From an uncultured Lentisphaerales bacterium (GTDB taxonomy: Bacteria > Verrucomicrobiota > Lentisphaeria > JABSQK01 > UBA12247): a stretch of DNA of 64,000 nucleotides. Below are positions 30,524 through 40,822 of this stretch, piece after piece (positions within the stretch are counted from its first letter, which is position 1; every line of letters starts with the position of its first letter). The notes below the pieces were generated by a model, which saw only the letters and a list, made by a program, of their open reading frames with translations, was not told the origin of the DNA and did no database searches. Location: positions 36,660 to 100,659 of the forward strand of contig CALSSJ010000044.1 of NCBI GenBank assembly GCA_943788985.1, read 5' to 3'. Position numbers and translations under genes: made by a program.

Positions 30524-31215
30524 ATTTACGGGGATCGAAAAGGCAAGGCGTCGAAAGAACTCCTCAATATCGCGCTGCGTATCGCTGCCATAGCAACGCA
30601 GTGCATCGACAAGCTCGGTGTACGTGTTTTACGCGGGGTCGCCTCTGTCGACACCCAGCAAGTTTGCCGCAGAGCCATACGGGATCCGGCCACCATTGCC
30701 CAGGGTCAAGCCGGCCAATCAGAGCAACTGGCAAGCCGGCGCTCAACACGAGGCACGCTTCTGCTGCGTGGATGCCTGCCCCCATCGCCAACTGCAGGGC
30801 AAGCACTGCTCATTTTGTCATAGCCCGATGGTCGCTAACGCTGGGGAATTTCGCAATCGCCAACTGTCCGTCATCGTCGCGGACCGTACGCTTTGGGCGC
30901 AGGCCGCCGAGTGCTTTAACCGTCGAGAGTAGAAGAGCCTGGATTTGGTGGGCGCGTACTTGCTGACCTGTGCCGAGAGGAAAGGCGCCGCGGGCATATC
31001 CCCAAGTTGGCCATCAGCTTCAGCGTTCAGTGCGTCACTGCCACGGCGCCATGATTCGCCACGAGGCTATGTAGGAGGCCGAGATCTCAGCTAAACGCAG
31101 TCACGAAGGCCTGGAAGATTGGGGCGTCCTCGGTTCGGCGGCGAAGTGTTTCCGAACTGAGAATCCCTGCTAAGGTTTGGCACGCGCGAGACCATGGCCA
31201 TCAGGAACAATTAGA

Positions 31216-32919
31216 ATGCAAGGTAAGCAAGACGCCGTGGGGCGTGAGGAAAATCAGAAACTGAACACAGTGGCCGGGGTGCTGCTGGGCGTGTTTCTGC
31301 TGGCTGCCTGGTGGACGTTGCCCGACTATGGCATCACCTATGACTGCCACGAGTACTTCCTGGGCGATAAGAACCTGGTCTACTTAGTCACGCGAGAGGG
31401 CACGCATCTGGATTATGCAGCAGACAGCGTGCCGATTCATCAGCGAGCGAGCCACTTAGACCTCCATGCGAACTCCGTATTCGCGGCTGAGAATCCGCAG
31501 GAAATATGGCCCTTCGGCGCGGTCGTGACCAGCATCAGCAAGCATGGGCTGTTCGGCCTGGGCCTGGTGGATGATGTGTTTGACGCCCACCACGCAATCC
31601 TGCCGTTGCTGGTCGCACTTCTAGGCTGGTTCGTGTTTCGCTTTGTGGCCCGTGAGATTGGGCCGTGGGCCGGGCTGATCGCGATTGTCTGTCTGCTGTC
31701 CTACCCGCGTTTCTGGGCGCATTTACACAACAATTATAAAGATATCCCCAGCGCGGTGTGGTTCTCGTTGGTGGTGTTGAGCTTCTATCATGGGATCGAA
31801 CATCGGCGGGTGAAGCAGATCATCCTGGCCGCAGTGCTTTGGGGCGCGGCCTTGGCCACCAAGGGCAATGCTCTGTTTCTGCCCTTTGTGGTAGGCGTCT
31901 GGTTCTGGTACGTGATCTACCGACGAGTGCGGAGTTCGCAAACCGGCGAGCTAATCGTGGAGCGGAGAGCGATTATGGCACTGTGCGCCTTCCCGTTCAT
32001 CGGCCTGGCCGTCGCGGCTTTGCTTTGGCCCTATTTGATGCAGAACTTCCCGGACCATCTACTACTGCACTGGGATTACATCCGCGAGCGTGGCGCAACT
32101 GGGCCTGATCATTGGCAGCTGGCAGCGGTGGGCAAGGTGCTCTCGATGACGCCGCCGGTCATGCTGGTGCTGATGGGCTGCGGCCTGGCCTGCATCGCCT
32201 TCCGTAGCGGCCGGGGCCGGGCCGTGAGCAATCTGGACGCATTACTGCTGCTGTGGCTGACTGTGCCGGTGCTGCGGGTGTCGGTCCCGCGGGCGCACGA
32301 TTTCGACGGCATCCGCCATTGGATTGAGTTCGTCGTCCCCGCAGCGATCATCGCAAGTATCGGGGCAACCTGGCTGGGCAAAGCGGTTGCCAGGCGAATT
32401 CCACAGCCGCGCCGCTCGCTAGCGGCCGGTGTGGCCATTTTGCTCATTCACCTGCCTGCCCTCTATTGGAATGCTCGCCTGCACCCGTACCAGATTTGCT
32501 ACTATAACTTTCTGGTCGGCGGCCTCGGTGGGGCCCAGGAACGGATGATCGATCAGTCCACTGACTACTGGGGCTCGTCTTACCGGCAAGGCTGCGCTTG
32601 GCTGAATGAGAATGCCGAGGCGGACGCGGGCCTAGTGGTCGGCATGGGCGAGCACATTGTCCGCTATACCGCAGAGGCCTGGCTGCGCCCCGATATCGTC
32701 CTCATTTCGACGGACGGCATGTTGAAGGATGAGGCACTTGCGGAGTCCGCAAAACACGACGGGCCGGTCTATCTGATGTACATTACGCGCTGGCGACACT
32801 ACAATATGCTGACGCGTTCAGTCGAGGCACGACGCAAACCACCATTACACCAGATTGTGGTCGATGGTGGAGTCATCCTAAAAATCTATCGTTTGGATGC
32901 GGAGCTTACCAAACGGTGA
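31216..32919 (+). CDS. GT-C fold membrane glycosyltransferase (ArnT/PMT-like)
   Basis: 'DYGITYD', multiple TM helices, 'HNNYKDIP', 'LATK', 'DGIRH', 'TDYWGSSY'. Confidence 0.8.
   Translation: MQGKQDAVGREENQKLNTVAGVLLGVFLLAAWWTLPDYGITYDCHEYFLGDKNLVYLVTREGTHLDYAADSVPIHQRASHLDLHANSVFAAENPQEIWPFGAVVTSISKHGLFGLGLVDDVFDAHHAILPLLVALLGWFVFRFVAREIGPWAGLIAIVCLLSYPRFWAHLHNNYKDIPSAVWFSLVVLSFYHGIEHRRVKQIILAAVLWGAALATKGNALFLPFVVGVWFWYVIYRRVRSSQTGELIVERRAIMALCAFPFIGLAVAALLWPYLMQNFPDHLLLHWDYIRERGATGPDHWQLAAVGKVLSMTPPVMLVLMGCGLACIAFRSGRGRAVSNLDALLLLWLTVPVLRVSVPRAHDFDGIRHWIEFVVPAAIIASIGATWLGKAVARRIPQPRRSLAAGVAILLIHLPALYWNARLHPYQICYYNFLVGGLGGAQERMIDQSTDYWGSSYRQGCAWLNENAEADAGLVVGMGEHIVRYTAEAWLRPDIVLISTDGMLKDEALAESAKHDGPVYLMYITRWRHYNMLTRSVEARRKPPLHQIVVDGGVILKIYRLDAELTKR
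32738..32752. repeat. Dispersed palindrome TTGCGRASTYCGCAA, perfect copy
   Basis: TTGCGGAGTCCGCAA (LAESAK). Confidence 0.9.
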
Positions 32920-32947
32920 TTGAACTTCGCGCAAAGATGGGACTGTG

Positions 32948-33832
32948 ATGCAGATTATTCGCTCCATTCAAGACATGCAGGCGTGCTCGCAGCGCTGGCG
33001 TCAGTCCGGCCTACGTATTGGCTGCGTCCCGACGATGGGCTATCTCCATGCTGGGCACACGTCGCTGATCGACATAGCCGCAAAACAGTGCGATGTCGTT
33101 GTCGTGACCCTATTCGTCAATCCGACGCAGTTCGGGCCCAACGAAGACCTGGCCCGCTACCCGTCTGACGAAGCGGGCGACTTGGCGAAGTGCGAGGAGC
33201 ACGGTGCCACCGCCATATTCGCGCCGGCAGCCGCTGAGATGTACGCGCCTGACCAATCGACTTGGGTGGACGAAGCAGCACTCACGCTGGGGCTGTGCGG
33301 GGCCAACCGGCCAGGACATTTCCGTGGTGTCACCACGGTCGTCAGCAAGCTATTCTGGGCGGTGATGCCCGACGTTGCCGTATTCGGGGAGAAAGACGCC
33401 CAGCAATTGCGAGTGATCGAGCGCATGGTCCGCGACTTGAACATCCCTGTGCAGATCGCACGCGGTCCGATTGTCCGCGAACCGGACGGCCTGGCAATGA
33501 GCTCCCGCAACGCCTATCTGAGCGCGGACGAAAGAGCGCGAGCTCTTTGCCTCAGCCGCAGTCTCGATCAAGCCCGCCAGCTGTTCGCCGCAGGCGAGCG
33601 CGACGCCGAGGCGCTGTGTTGCGAAGTTCGCAAAACTCTTGCATCAGCCGACGAGGTCGACTATGTCTCCCTAGTGGACGAGGAAACCCTCGAGCCCGTC
33701 CCAGGGACGATCAGCCGCCCTGCCCTGCTGGCAATCGCCGCCAGATTCAGCAGCACGCGCCTGATCGATAACCTGATTCTAAGAGACAATCAATATCCAA
33801 CAGCCAACACGGAATTTCCAATTACCAATTGA
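32948..33832 (+). CDS. panC: Pantoate--beta-alanine ligase
   Basis: 'VPTMGYLHAGH', 'FVNPTQF', 'RPGHFRGV', 'FGEKDAQQ', 'GLAMSSRN', 'RLIDN'. Confidence 0.97.
   Translation: MQIIRSIQDMQACSQRWRQSGLRIGCVPTMGYLHAGHTSLIDIAAKQCDVVVVTLFVNPTQFGPNEDLARYPSDEAGDLAKCEEHGATAIFAPAAAEMYAPDQSTWVDEAALTLGLCGANRPGHFRGVTTVVSKLFWAVMPDVAVFGEKDAQQLRVIERMVRDLNIPVQIARGPIVREPDGLAMSSRNAYLSADERARALCLSRSLDQARQLFAAGERDAEALCCEVRKTLASADEVDYVSLVDEETLEPVPGTISRPALLAIAARFSSTRLIDNLILRDNQYPTANTEFPITN
33619..33633. repeat. Dispersed palindrome TTGCGRASTYCGCAA, perfect copy
   Basis: TTGCGAAGTTCGCAA inside panC (CEVRK). Confidence 0.9.
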
Positions 33833-33893
33833 AGACGGTAGAGCACGCACTCCAGCCCTTGGCCATCGGAAATTCCGTGTTGGCTGTTGGATA
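33794..33893. repeat. Perfect 26-bp inverted repeat built from 7-bp periodic units
   Basis: TATCCAACAGCCAACACGGAATTTCC (33794-33819) and its reverse complement (33868-33893); 48-bp loop. Confidence 0.85.
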
Positions 33894-33905
33894 ATTGAAT
33901 AATTC

Positions 33906-34400
33906 TCAGTGCCCGCAGTGGCCCGCATTCCCTGCTGGAAATCCGAACTCGCTGTTCTCCGCGGTCTTGCCATTCACCGTCAGCTTGATCAGGGTGCCGT
34001 CGAAATCAGTGACGCCCTTGAGCTCCTCGGCCACGCCCTTGTAGGACGAAAATCCTGCGTCGGCTTTCTCAGCGCCGGAGAGAGTGAGCTCGAAGGCGAC
34101 GAAGCCACGCTTGCATGAGACCACGATGGTCTCCTCATCCGCAACAGTCGGCTCAGCATTCTCATCAAGCACGTATGCCGTTAAGGCACCGGTGGCGCCA
34201 TCGAGCACAAATTCCAGATGTGCCACATTCCCCGACAGCAAGACGAGCGTGCCGCCATGCGGGCTCGCGAGGTGAGTGCATCCCTGGTGCCCTGTTGGCG
34301 CTGCGACGGCTGTTTTTTTTTCTTCCGGCACCTCGGCGGGCGGCTTGCTGCACGCTCCCAATAGAAGTGCGAAAGCAATCAATAGTTGTGGTTTGAACAT
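33906..34400 (-). CDS. Hypothetical lipoprotein, His-containing (possible metal binding)
   Basis: Lipobox 'LLGAC'; 'HLASPHGG...HLEFV'; C-terminal 'GHCGH'. Confidence 0.75.
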   Translation of the reverse strand: MFKPQLLIAFALLLGACSKPPAEVPEEKKTAVAAPTGHQGCTHLASPHGGTLVLLSGNVAHLEFVLDGATGALTAYVLDENAEPTVADEETIVVSCKRGFVAFELTLSGAEKADAGFSSYKGVAEELKGVTDFDGTLIKLTVNGKTAENSEFGFPAGNAGHCGH

Positions 34401-34411
34401 GAGATCCCTTG

Positions 34412-35293
34412 CTATACTCGGTGTGCTTTGTGGCGGGTGCGGTCTGCGAGCGCGGTCTTCCAGGCATCAGACCAGTGGGCATGCGTGAACGCCGAGACTG
34501 AGTCTGGATGATCCGCGCTTCTTACTGGAAAACTTGGTTGCCAATCGCGCCCACTGGGCTGGCCGGTCGGGTGAAAACGCAGGTCTACCGACCAGCGGGC
34601 GTAGTCTGCGACGTTCTCAAGGCCGCGGTGCGGCGTGTACTTGCTCATGACGACCACGTCGCCCGGTTCCGATGCGGCAGTGATGGCCTGCCGCTGCGGC
34701 AGGACATCGTCAGGAATCTCGGTCCCATAGGAGCCGCTCACGTGCGGCAGGCAGCCGCCCGCCACACAGTCAGGCAGGATCTCCATGCATCCGGACTCGC
34801 GAGTGGCCACGCTCAGTGGCAGCCAGAACGTAATGATGTTGCTGTCGTCGCTGTCTTCTGCGGTCACGCCCACATCTTGATGCCAAGGCACCTGCATAAA
34901 GCCACTCTTGGCATCCACGGCGCTTGGCATCTTGGCACGGAGATGTTGGATCGGATTGCAGGAGATCTCGGGCCCGAGAAAGGTCTGGACCAGATCCAGC
35001 AGGCAGCTGTCATGCAGAAAGGAAAAGCAGGCTTCGCCGCGCATATGCATGAGGTCCATGCCCGCCAGTATCGCTTGATTCTGCCTGTAGAGAGCGACAA
35101 CACGATGGTCAAAGTCTAGCTCCTCATAGAGGTCCGTGATTTTCCCGTCCGCGTGTAGGTCACGAGCCTGCTGATCGACCCAGGCACTAAATTCAGCGAC
35201 CAAGGGCTGCAACGTCGCTGGCGGCAGCACGTTCCTGGCGATCACGTACCCGTGATCCTGAAAATGTGCGAACTCCGCACTGAAGTTCCTCAT
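34412..35293 (-). CDS. Phytanoyl-CoA dioxygenase (PhyH) family protein
   Basis: 'FQDHGY', HxD 'WHQD', 'SGCMEILP', 'HRG..N...RWSVDLRF'. Confidence 0.88.
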   Translation of the reverse strand: MRNFSAEFAHFQDHGYVIARNVLPPATLQPLVAEFSAWVDQQARDLHADGKITDLYEELDFDHRVVALYRQNQAILAGMDLMHMRGEACFSFLHDSCLLDLVQTFLGPEISCNPIQHLRAKMPSAVDAKSGFMQVPWHQDVGVTAEDSDDSNIITFWLPLSVATRESGCMEILPDCVAGGCLPHVSGSYGTEIPDDVLPQRQAITAASEPGDVVVMSKYTPHRGLENVADYARWSVDLRFHPTGQPSGRDWQPSFPVRSADHPDSVSAFTHAHWSDAWKTALADRTRHKAHRV

Positions 35294-35369
35294 CAGGCAG
35301 CCTTGTCATTAGAATCTGGAGTACAGAGAGAATACAGTGTGAGACCGCGAACCAACGGCAAGGACGCCC

Positions 35370-36146
35370 ATGGCCTTTCTTCAAATTCAGTGTCATTCAA
35401 GCACTCTGCAGATGGCCATCAGCCTTCAGGCGATCGTCCCGCAGCCCACGAATGGTTCCGAAGTTGGCATCGCGAGCGGAACCAAGCGTGCTCAATACCC
35501 CGTCCTCTATCTGCTCCATGGGATGAGTGACGACGAGACGATCTGGTGCCGACGTACCTCAATCGAGCGCTACGCGGCCGGACGGGATTTGGTGATCGTA
35601 ATGCCGAACGTGCATCGTTCGTATTACATAGACATGCACCATGGTCCGCGCTACTGGACCCTTATCAGCGAAGAACTCCCCGAGCTAGCTGCTCACTTCC
35701 TGCCCATTTCCCAGCGCCGCGAGGATACATTTGTGGCGGGGTTATCCATGGGCGGCTATGGCGCGTTCAAGCTGGGTATCTGCCGTCCTGGCCAGTTCGC
35801 AGCTGCTGCTTCACTTTCCGGCGCTCTCAGCCCGGGCTCATTCAAGAACAGCAGTGGAGCGAGATCGGCCGAGTGGCTCAATACCTTCGGCAGCGCGCAG
35901 CTGTTCAAGGAGAGCGAGAACGATCTGCACGCGCAGCTACAAAAGCGTGTGAATGAGGGGACGGAGCTGCCGCGGCTCTGGCAGCACTGTGGCACCGAGG
36001 ACTTTCTCTATGAGCACAACGTCGACTCCCGCAATGAAGCGCAGCGCCTCGGCGTCCCGCTTGCGTATTCAGAAGGGCCGGGGGACCACTCGTGGGGGCT
36101 CTGGGACGAACAAATTCAGAACGTGCTAGACTGGCTTCCGCTCTAA
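35370..36146 (+). CDS. Esterase (tributyrin esterase / FrmB-like)
   Basis: 'YPVLYLLHG', 'GLSMGGYG', 'CGTEDFL', 'GDHSW'. Confidence 0.9.
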   Translation: MAFLQIQCHSSTLQMAISLQAIVPQPTNGSEVGIASGTKRAQYPVLYLLHGMSDDETIWCRRTSIERYAAGRDLVIVMPNVHRSYYIDMHHGPRYWTLISEELPELAAHFLPISQRREDTFVAGLSMGGYGAFKLGICRPGQFAAAASLSGALSPGSFKNSSGARSAEWLNTFGSAQLFKESENDLHAQLQKRVNEGTELPRLWQHCGTEDFLYEHNVDSRNEAQRLGVPLAYSEGPGDHSWGLWDEQIQNVLDWLPL

Positions 36147-36150
36147 CTGA

Positions 36151-36651
36151 CTATTCGTCCAGAGCAGCCATATAGCCGCCCAAAACGTCGTCCTGGCCAA
36201 GATCATCGAGGATCCCCCGCGCATCCGCGTCGTCGAAACCTAGCTCGCTTAGCTCCAGCGCCAGCATGTCCAACTCCAGCTGTTCGTCCATATAATCAAG
36301 CGCTTCCAGCGTGGACTGCACAATCTTCTCCTGCTCCTGCCACTTCTCAATGGTCGGCAGTTTAGACTTTCCGGCAACGCCGGGCTCAGAGCCTGTGGAT
36401 TGATTCCCAAACTGCAAGGCTACGGCGACAGCGACCACCGCACAGGCAGCCGCTGCGTACCACGTGACCTGCACCAATTTCCCGCGATTACGGCGTTTGG
36501 CTTCCTTGCGAGCGTTGCCAGCCAGATTATCCCAGGCGCTACCACTTGGCACCGCCTCAGGATCCCGCTCAGTGGTCCCCATCAGCTGCTGCATCTCGCG
36601 ATCCAATTCTGCCTCTTCGCGAGACACGTCGTGCTCCGAGTCCGTATTCAT
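36151..36651 (-). CDS. Putative membrane anti-sigma factor
   Basis: Single TM helix; 4-nt overlap directly downstream of the ECF sigma gene. Confidence 0.6.
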   Translation of the reverse strand: MNTDSEHDVSREEAELDREMQQLMGTTERDPEAVPSGSAWDNLAGNARKEAKRRNRGKLVQVTWYAAAACAVVAVAVALQFGNQSTGSEPGVAGKSKLPTIEKWQEQEKIVQSTLEALDYMDEQLELDMLALELSELGFDDADARGILDDLGQDDVLGGYMAALDE

Positions 36652-37241
36652 CGTATGATCTCCTGTTTACTAAATTGTAGTCGCAGCTTGCTTGCTGCCT
36701 GAAAAATTGCCGCCTTCACGGTTCCTACCGAACACTCCTGCACAGCGGCAATCTCTTTGTATGAGAGGCCCCCGACGTACTTCATGCGAAAGGCGGCCTG
36801 CATTCGCTCAGGCAATGCCAGGATCGCTTGGTCGATCTCCGCGCGCCACTCCGCACGCTGTAGATCATGCCCTGGTGCCACGTCATTCGAAGCGATTGAA
36901 TCTGCGGATCTGTCGGTCCAGTCCTCCATCAATATCAGACGCTTGCTGTTCCGGCGGCGCTGGTCGATGCAAAGATTGGTGACCACGCGGTAGAGCCAAG
37001 TTTGCGCGCGGCACGAGAAATTCCACTTTGGCAAGAAGTTGTAAAGTTTGATGTAGGCTTCCTGAACGACATCCAGGGCCGTGTGTGCGTCCTGCGTGTA
37101 CCGAAATGCCAGGGAGTAAGCTGCGCCCCGGGTCCTCTTCACCAACTCGTCAAAGGCGTCATCGTCGCCCGCCATGCAGGCTCGCACCAGCTCTGAATCA
37201 TCAAGCGTCGTCACCGTCCTGGTATCCATTGTCGCGTCCAT
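36648..37241 (-). CDS. ECF RNA polymerase sigma factor
   Basis: 'GDDDAFDELV', 'DVVQEAYIK', 'TWLYRV..N.CID', region 4 'LSYKEIA...SVGTVK'; start 37241 or 37229. Confidence 0.92.
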   Translation of the reverse strand: MDATMDTRTVTTLDDSELVRACMAGDDDAFDELVKRTRGAAYSLAFRYTQDAHTALDVVQEAYIKLYNFLPKWNFSCRAQTWLYRVVTNLCIDQRRRNSKRLILMEDWTDRSADSIASNDVAPGHDLQRAEWRAEIDQAILALPERMQAAFRMKYVGGLSYKEIAAVQECSVGTVKAAIFQAASKLRLQFSKQEIIR

Positions 37242-37335
37242 TTGGTTCACGCAGCCTACGTGCTTCAAAACAGGCCTCTCAGCGGGTAAAGGTATTGTCC
37301 GATACAGCATTGTACGAGCAAGGCGAGAGATGAGT

Positions 37336-39177
37336 TTAGTCCATCCTTGGATTTTCCCAAGAAATTGCATCGGCGATCACGCCCAACGGGGATGCGACAG
37401 CGATCTCGGGGGCTTGCCAGGTGCCGTCCGCGTCCGCCTCCAAGCACCAGCAGCACGCTCCCGGAAGAATCGACCAACCATCAGGAACGGCTGCCTCGCA
37501 CTGCGCGTCGTAGGCCAGCACATACATCCGCTTTGCCTTCCCCTCGCGCAGCGCGAACTCCGCACAACGAAACGCCTCCTGCAATGCCAGCCCCGTCCAG
37601 AACACACAATGAGGGCCAGCTGCCCCGATTTCGATTGCCGCAAGGTTTGCCGCCGCGCTCGCATACGCATGCGGAAAGAGCAACGGGCTCGCCAGACGTG
37701 GCCCCTTCTGCACCAGTTGCTGGTAGAAGGTGTAGCCCGTGTTCAAAGCCCCATAGCCTGTCGCCGCGACAATCCCGCTCTCGCCGTCGTTTTCCTCCTT
37801 CACGCACTGGGCAAGTGCCGCCAGCGCATAGGCCGCGACAGGGTCTAGGTATCCACGTACGCTACTCAAATACGGCTTTGCCGAGAATCCAGCCAGAGTT
37901 GCGGAGTTTGCAACCAAAGCCTCCACCGTTCCTGCGGGAAAACGCTCTCCGCTGCCGACCAATGGCCCAGGCAATACCCAGCCAACTCTGACGAGGGATA
38001 CACCAATAGCTGCCGCGGCAGGCACTTCGGGTCCAGGGGTCCTTTGCAGGCAGACCGCGGCATTGTTCCCACCAATCCCTGCCGAGTTTGTCACTAGGCA
38101 CTCTCCTGGCAACGATCGATTCTGTAAGGCGACATCGACACTGAGCTCGCTGTCCAACTGCTGCAGCCCCTCCACTCCTGGGACGATTCCCGCCTCAAGC
38201 GCGCAGGCGGCAAGCACCACCTCTGCCAAGCCGGCCGCACCCAGCAGATGCCCTAGGTTTCCTTTGAATGCCATTGTCGGTCTGGGCGATCCCAGCAAAT
38301 CCGCGATTGCCTGGCTTTCAGTGAGATCGTTTGCCGTAGTTCCTGTCGCATGCGCACATACCCAGTCAACGGCAGCTGGAGAGATTCCCGCATCCGCCAA
38401 TGCAGCAGCCATCACCCGCCGGGAACCGTCGCCGCGCTTCGCTGGAGCGGTCATGTGAAAGGCGTTGTTATTCAAGGCCGTGCCGCCCACAACCACGCCG
38501 CCTTCCTGAGGCTCAGCAGTGAGCAGAACGGCAACGGCCGCCTCCCCAAAAATGGTCCCTTGCCTGGCGGCATCGAACGGTCGCAGCCGATCGGTAGTAA
38601 TCGTGCGCAAATTTGTCAGCCCGGCCCAGCAGAACTCCGTAAGCAGATCATAGGCAACACAGAGCACGCGCTTAGCCCGACCGGTTTGCAGCCAACGGCA
38701 GCCGGTTGCCACCACGGCGGCACCACTTGCGCAAGACAACGTGAGCTGTGCGCGCGGACCACGCGCACCCAATAAATCCGCCACACGCGCCACCACCTTC
38801 TGGCCTTGCACAAAGGTATCGACATCCATCGTCCCGGTCTCGATCCGCTCCCGCCAGGCCCACTCAAACTGGTCCATCGGCCCAAAGTTCGTCCCCAAGA
38901 TCAAGCCCAGCTCATCATCCGCGCCCCACTCCGCGCTCCCCAGTGCTTCCCGCGCTGCCGCGACGATCATCGCACTCACCGGGCCACCATCCGCCTCGTC
39001 GAAATGATCGACCAGTTCGGGCGGCAGTTCGCCGCCCTCGGGCTGCGGAAAGTCCTGCCCGTGAAATCGAGTAATCGGGCGTATTCCTGCCTCACCACCC
39101 AGCACTGCGGCCCAGTTCGCAGCGACCCCCTGCCCGAGCGGAGAGACCATCCCCGCCCCCTTCATTCGAATCGTCAT
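37336..39177 (-). CDS. Beta-ketoacyl synthase fused to a degenerate KS/chain-length-factor-like domain
   Basis: N-terminal ~380 aa: 'LSCASG', 'AHATGT', 'KGNLGH', 'GIGGNNA'. C-terminal ~200 aa: 'KGPRLASPLLFPHAYASAAA', no catalytic triad. GAGGGA RBS before ATG 39177. Confidence 0.8.
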   Translation of the reverse strand: MTIRMKGAGMVSPLGQGVAANWAAVLGGEAGIRPITRFHGQDFPQPEGGELPPELVDHFDEADGGPVSAMIVAAAREALGSAEWGADDELGLILGTNFGPMDQFEWAWRERIETGTMDVDTFVQGQKVVARVADLLGARGPRAQLTLSCASGAAVVATGCRWLQTGRAKRVLCVAYDLLTEFCWAGLTNLRTITTDRLRPFDAARQGTIFGEAAVAVLLTAEPQEGGVVVGGTALNNNAFHMTAPAKRGDGSRRVMAAALADAGISPAAVDWVCAHATGTTANDLTESQAIADLLGSPRPTMAFKGNLGHLLGAAGLAEVVLAACALEAGIVPGVEGLQQLDSELSVDVALQNRSLPGECLVTNSAGIGGNNAAVCLQRTPGPEVPAAAAIGVSLVRVGWVLPGPLVGSGERFPAGTVEALVANSATLAGFSAKPYLSSVRGYLDPVAAYALAALAQCVKEENDGESGIVAATGYGALNTGYTFYQQLVQKGPRLASPLLFPHAYASAAANLAAIEIGAAGPHCVFWTGLALQEAFRCAEFALREGKAKRMYVLAYDAQCEAAVPDGWSILPGACCWCLEADADGTWQAPEIAVASPLGVIADAISWENPRMD

Positions 39178-39297
39178 TGTTTCCCTCACTGAACTCTCGA
39201 TTGACATCCTCTAACGCACTGCCATGTTACACGGCTTTGCTTTCAAGAAACGAAACAAACCACACTGGCATTCTGCCACTTTACGGAGGATTTACTC

Positions 39298-39534
39298 ATG
39301 GCAACCATCCCAGAACGCGTGAAAGAAATTGTTGTAGACCAACTCGGCGTGAACCCGGAACTTGTCACAACAGACGCTAAATTCATTGAAGACCTCGGTG
39401 CTGATTCGCTCGATACCGTCGAGCTTGTCATGGCACTGGAAGAGGAATTCGACCTTTCGATCGAAGACGACGCAGCTGAAAAGCTTCAAGCAGTATGCCA
39501 CGTCATCAAGTACATCGAATCCGCAAGCCAATAA
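39298..39534 (+). CDS. acpP: Acyl carrier protein
   Basis: '[20 protein letters not shown]'; GGAGGA RBS. Confidence 0.97.
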   Translation: MATIPERVKEIVVDQLGVNPELVTTDAKFIEDLGADSLDTVELVMALEEEFDLSIEDDAAEKLQAVCHVIKYIESASQ

Positions 39535-39574
39535 CTTCGATCACCTTATTTCCTCATCTTACAAGGGGCGGGCA

Positions 39575-40822
39575 GTGCCTGAACGACGAGTTGTCATAAC
39601 CGGCCTTGGCGGGCTTTGTAGCGTCGGTCATAACATGGCCGAGATTTGGGATGGAATCTTAAATGGTCAATCCGGCATTCGCCGCATTGTCAGTTTCGAC
39701 CCATCTCCGTTTCGCACCCAGATCGCGGGCGAGGTCCGCGACTGGGACGTAACGGATCACATTGATCGCAAGGAAGCCCGCAGGCTGGATCCATTTTGCC
39801 ACTACGCAGTTGTTACTGCGGAAGAAGCAATTGCCGAATCTGGACTGCTGGACACAGACTTGGATCTTGAGCGGGTCGGCGTGCTGGTCGGCAGCGGGAT
39901 TGGTGGGATCCGAACCATTGAGGAGCAGCACCAGAAACTGCTCAACGGTGGTCCATCCCGTGTCTCTCCGTTTATTGTTCCGATGATGATCGGCGACATG
40001 GCGGCAGGGGCCATCTCAATCCGGCACGGCTTCCAAGGCCCGAACTGGGGCTTGGTTAGCGCTTGCGCAACCGGTGCGCATGCACTGGGTGAGGCTTACC
40101 ACGTCATCCACCGTGGAGACGCGGACGTGATGATTGCTGGTGGCACAGAGGCCTGCGTCACACCTCTGGCAGTCGCTGGCTTTTCGAGCATGAAAGCACT
40201 CTCCACCTGCAATGACGAGCCAGAACGTGCCAGTCGTCCATTCGACGCAACCCGCGATGGCTTTGTACTTGCCGAAGGTGCGGCTACGCTCGTCCTCGAG
40301 ACATTGGAGCACGCACTCGCACGTGGCGCAGACATCAAAGCCGAGCTAATAGGCTATGGTGCCAGCGGCGATGGCCACCATATCACCTCACCGCCAGCAG
40401 ACGGTAATGGTGCAGTGAAGGCCATCCAGCGCGGACTCGCTCACGCGGGAATTTCGCCCGCAGATGTGCAGTACATTAACGCCCACGGCACCAGTACCGT
40501 GATGAATGACCGCATCGAAACACTGGCTATTCGAACAGTATTCGGCGACGCGGCCAATCAGGTTGCTGTATCCAGCACAAAATCGCTTACTGGCCACACG
40601 CTGGGAGCCGCTGGAGCCTTGGAATCAGCATTTTGCGTAAAATCGATTGAGGACGGGATGATTCCGGCTACCTTTAATTATCAGGAGCCAGATCCAAATT
40701 GTGACCTTGACATCGTGCCAAACAAATCTCGCAAAGTCGACGTAAACGTAGCCATCAACATGAACTTCGGTTTTGGTGGGCACAATGCGGTGGTTGTTTT
40801 TCGCAAGTACAACGGCGAATGA
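39575..40822 (+). CDS. fabF: 3-oxoacyl-ACP synthase II
   Basis: 'RRVVITGLG', 'SACATG', 'NAHGTST', 'STKSLTGHTLGAAG', 'FGFGGHN'; GTG start. Confidence 0.96.
   Translation: MPERRVVITGLGGLCSVGHNMAEIWDGILNGQSGIRRIVSFDPSPFRTQIAGEVRDWDVTDHIDRKEARRLDPFCHYAVVTAEEAIAESGLLDTDLDLERVGVLVGSGIGGIRTIEEQHQKLLNGGPSRVSPFIVPMMIGDMAAGAISIRHGFQGPNWGLVSACATGAHALGEAYHVIHRGDADVMIAGGTEACVTPLAVAGFSSMKALSTCNDEPERASRPFDATRDGFVLAEGAATLVLETLEHALARGADIKAELIGYGASGDGHHITSPPADGNGAVKAIQRGLAHAGISPADVQYINAHGTSTVMNDRIETLAIRTVFGDAANQVAVSSTKSLTGHTLGAAGALESAFCVKSIEDGMIPATFNYQEPDPNCDLDIVPNKSRKVDVNVAINMNFGFGGHNAVVVFRKYNGE

Noticed and set aside
30618..30932. 104-aa Cys-containing ORF
   Set aside because: No convincing RBS or recognisable family; lies in a decayed region, so it cannot be supported.
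31177..31195. TTGGCACGCGCGAGACC as a sigma-54 promoter
   Set aside because: Has the -24 element but no GC at -12.
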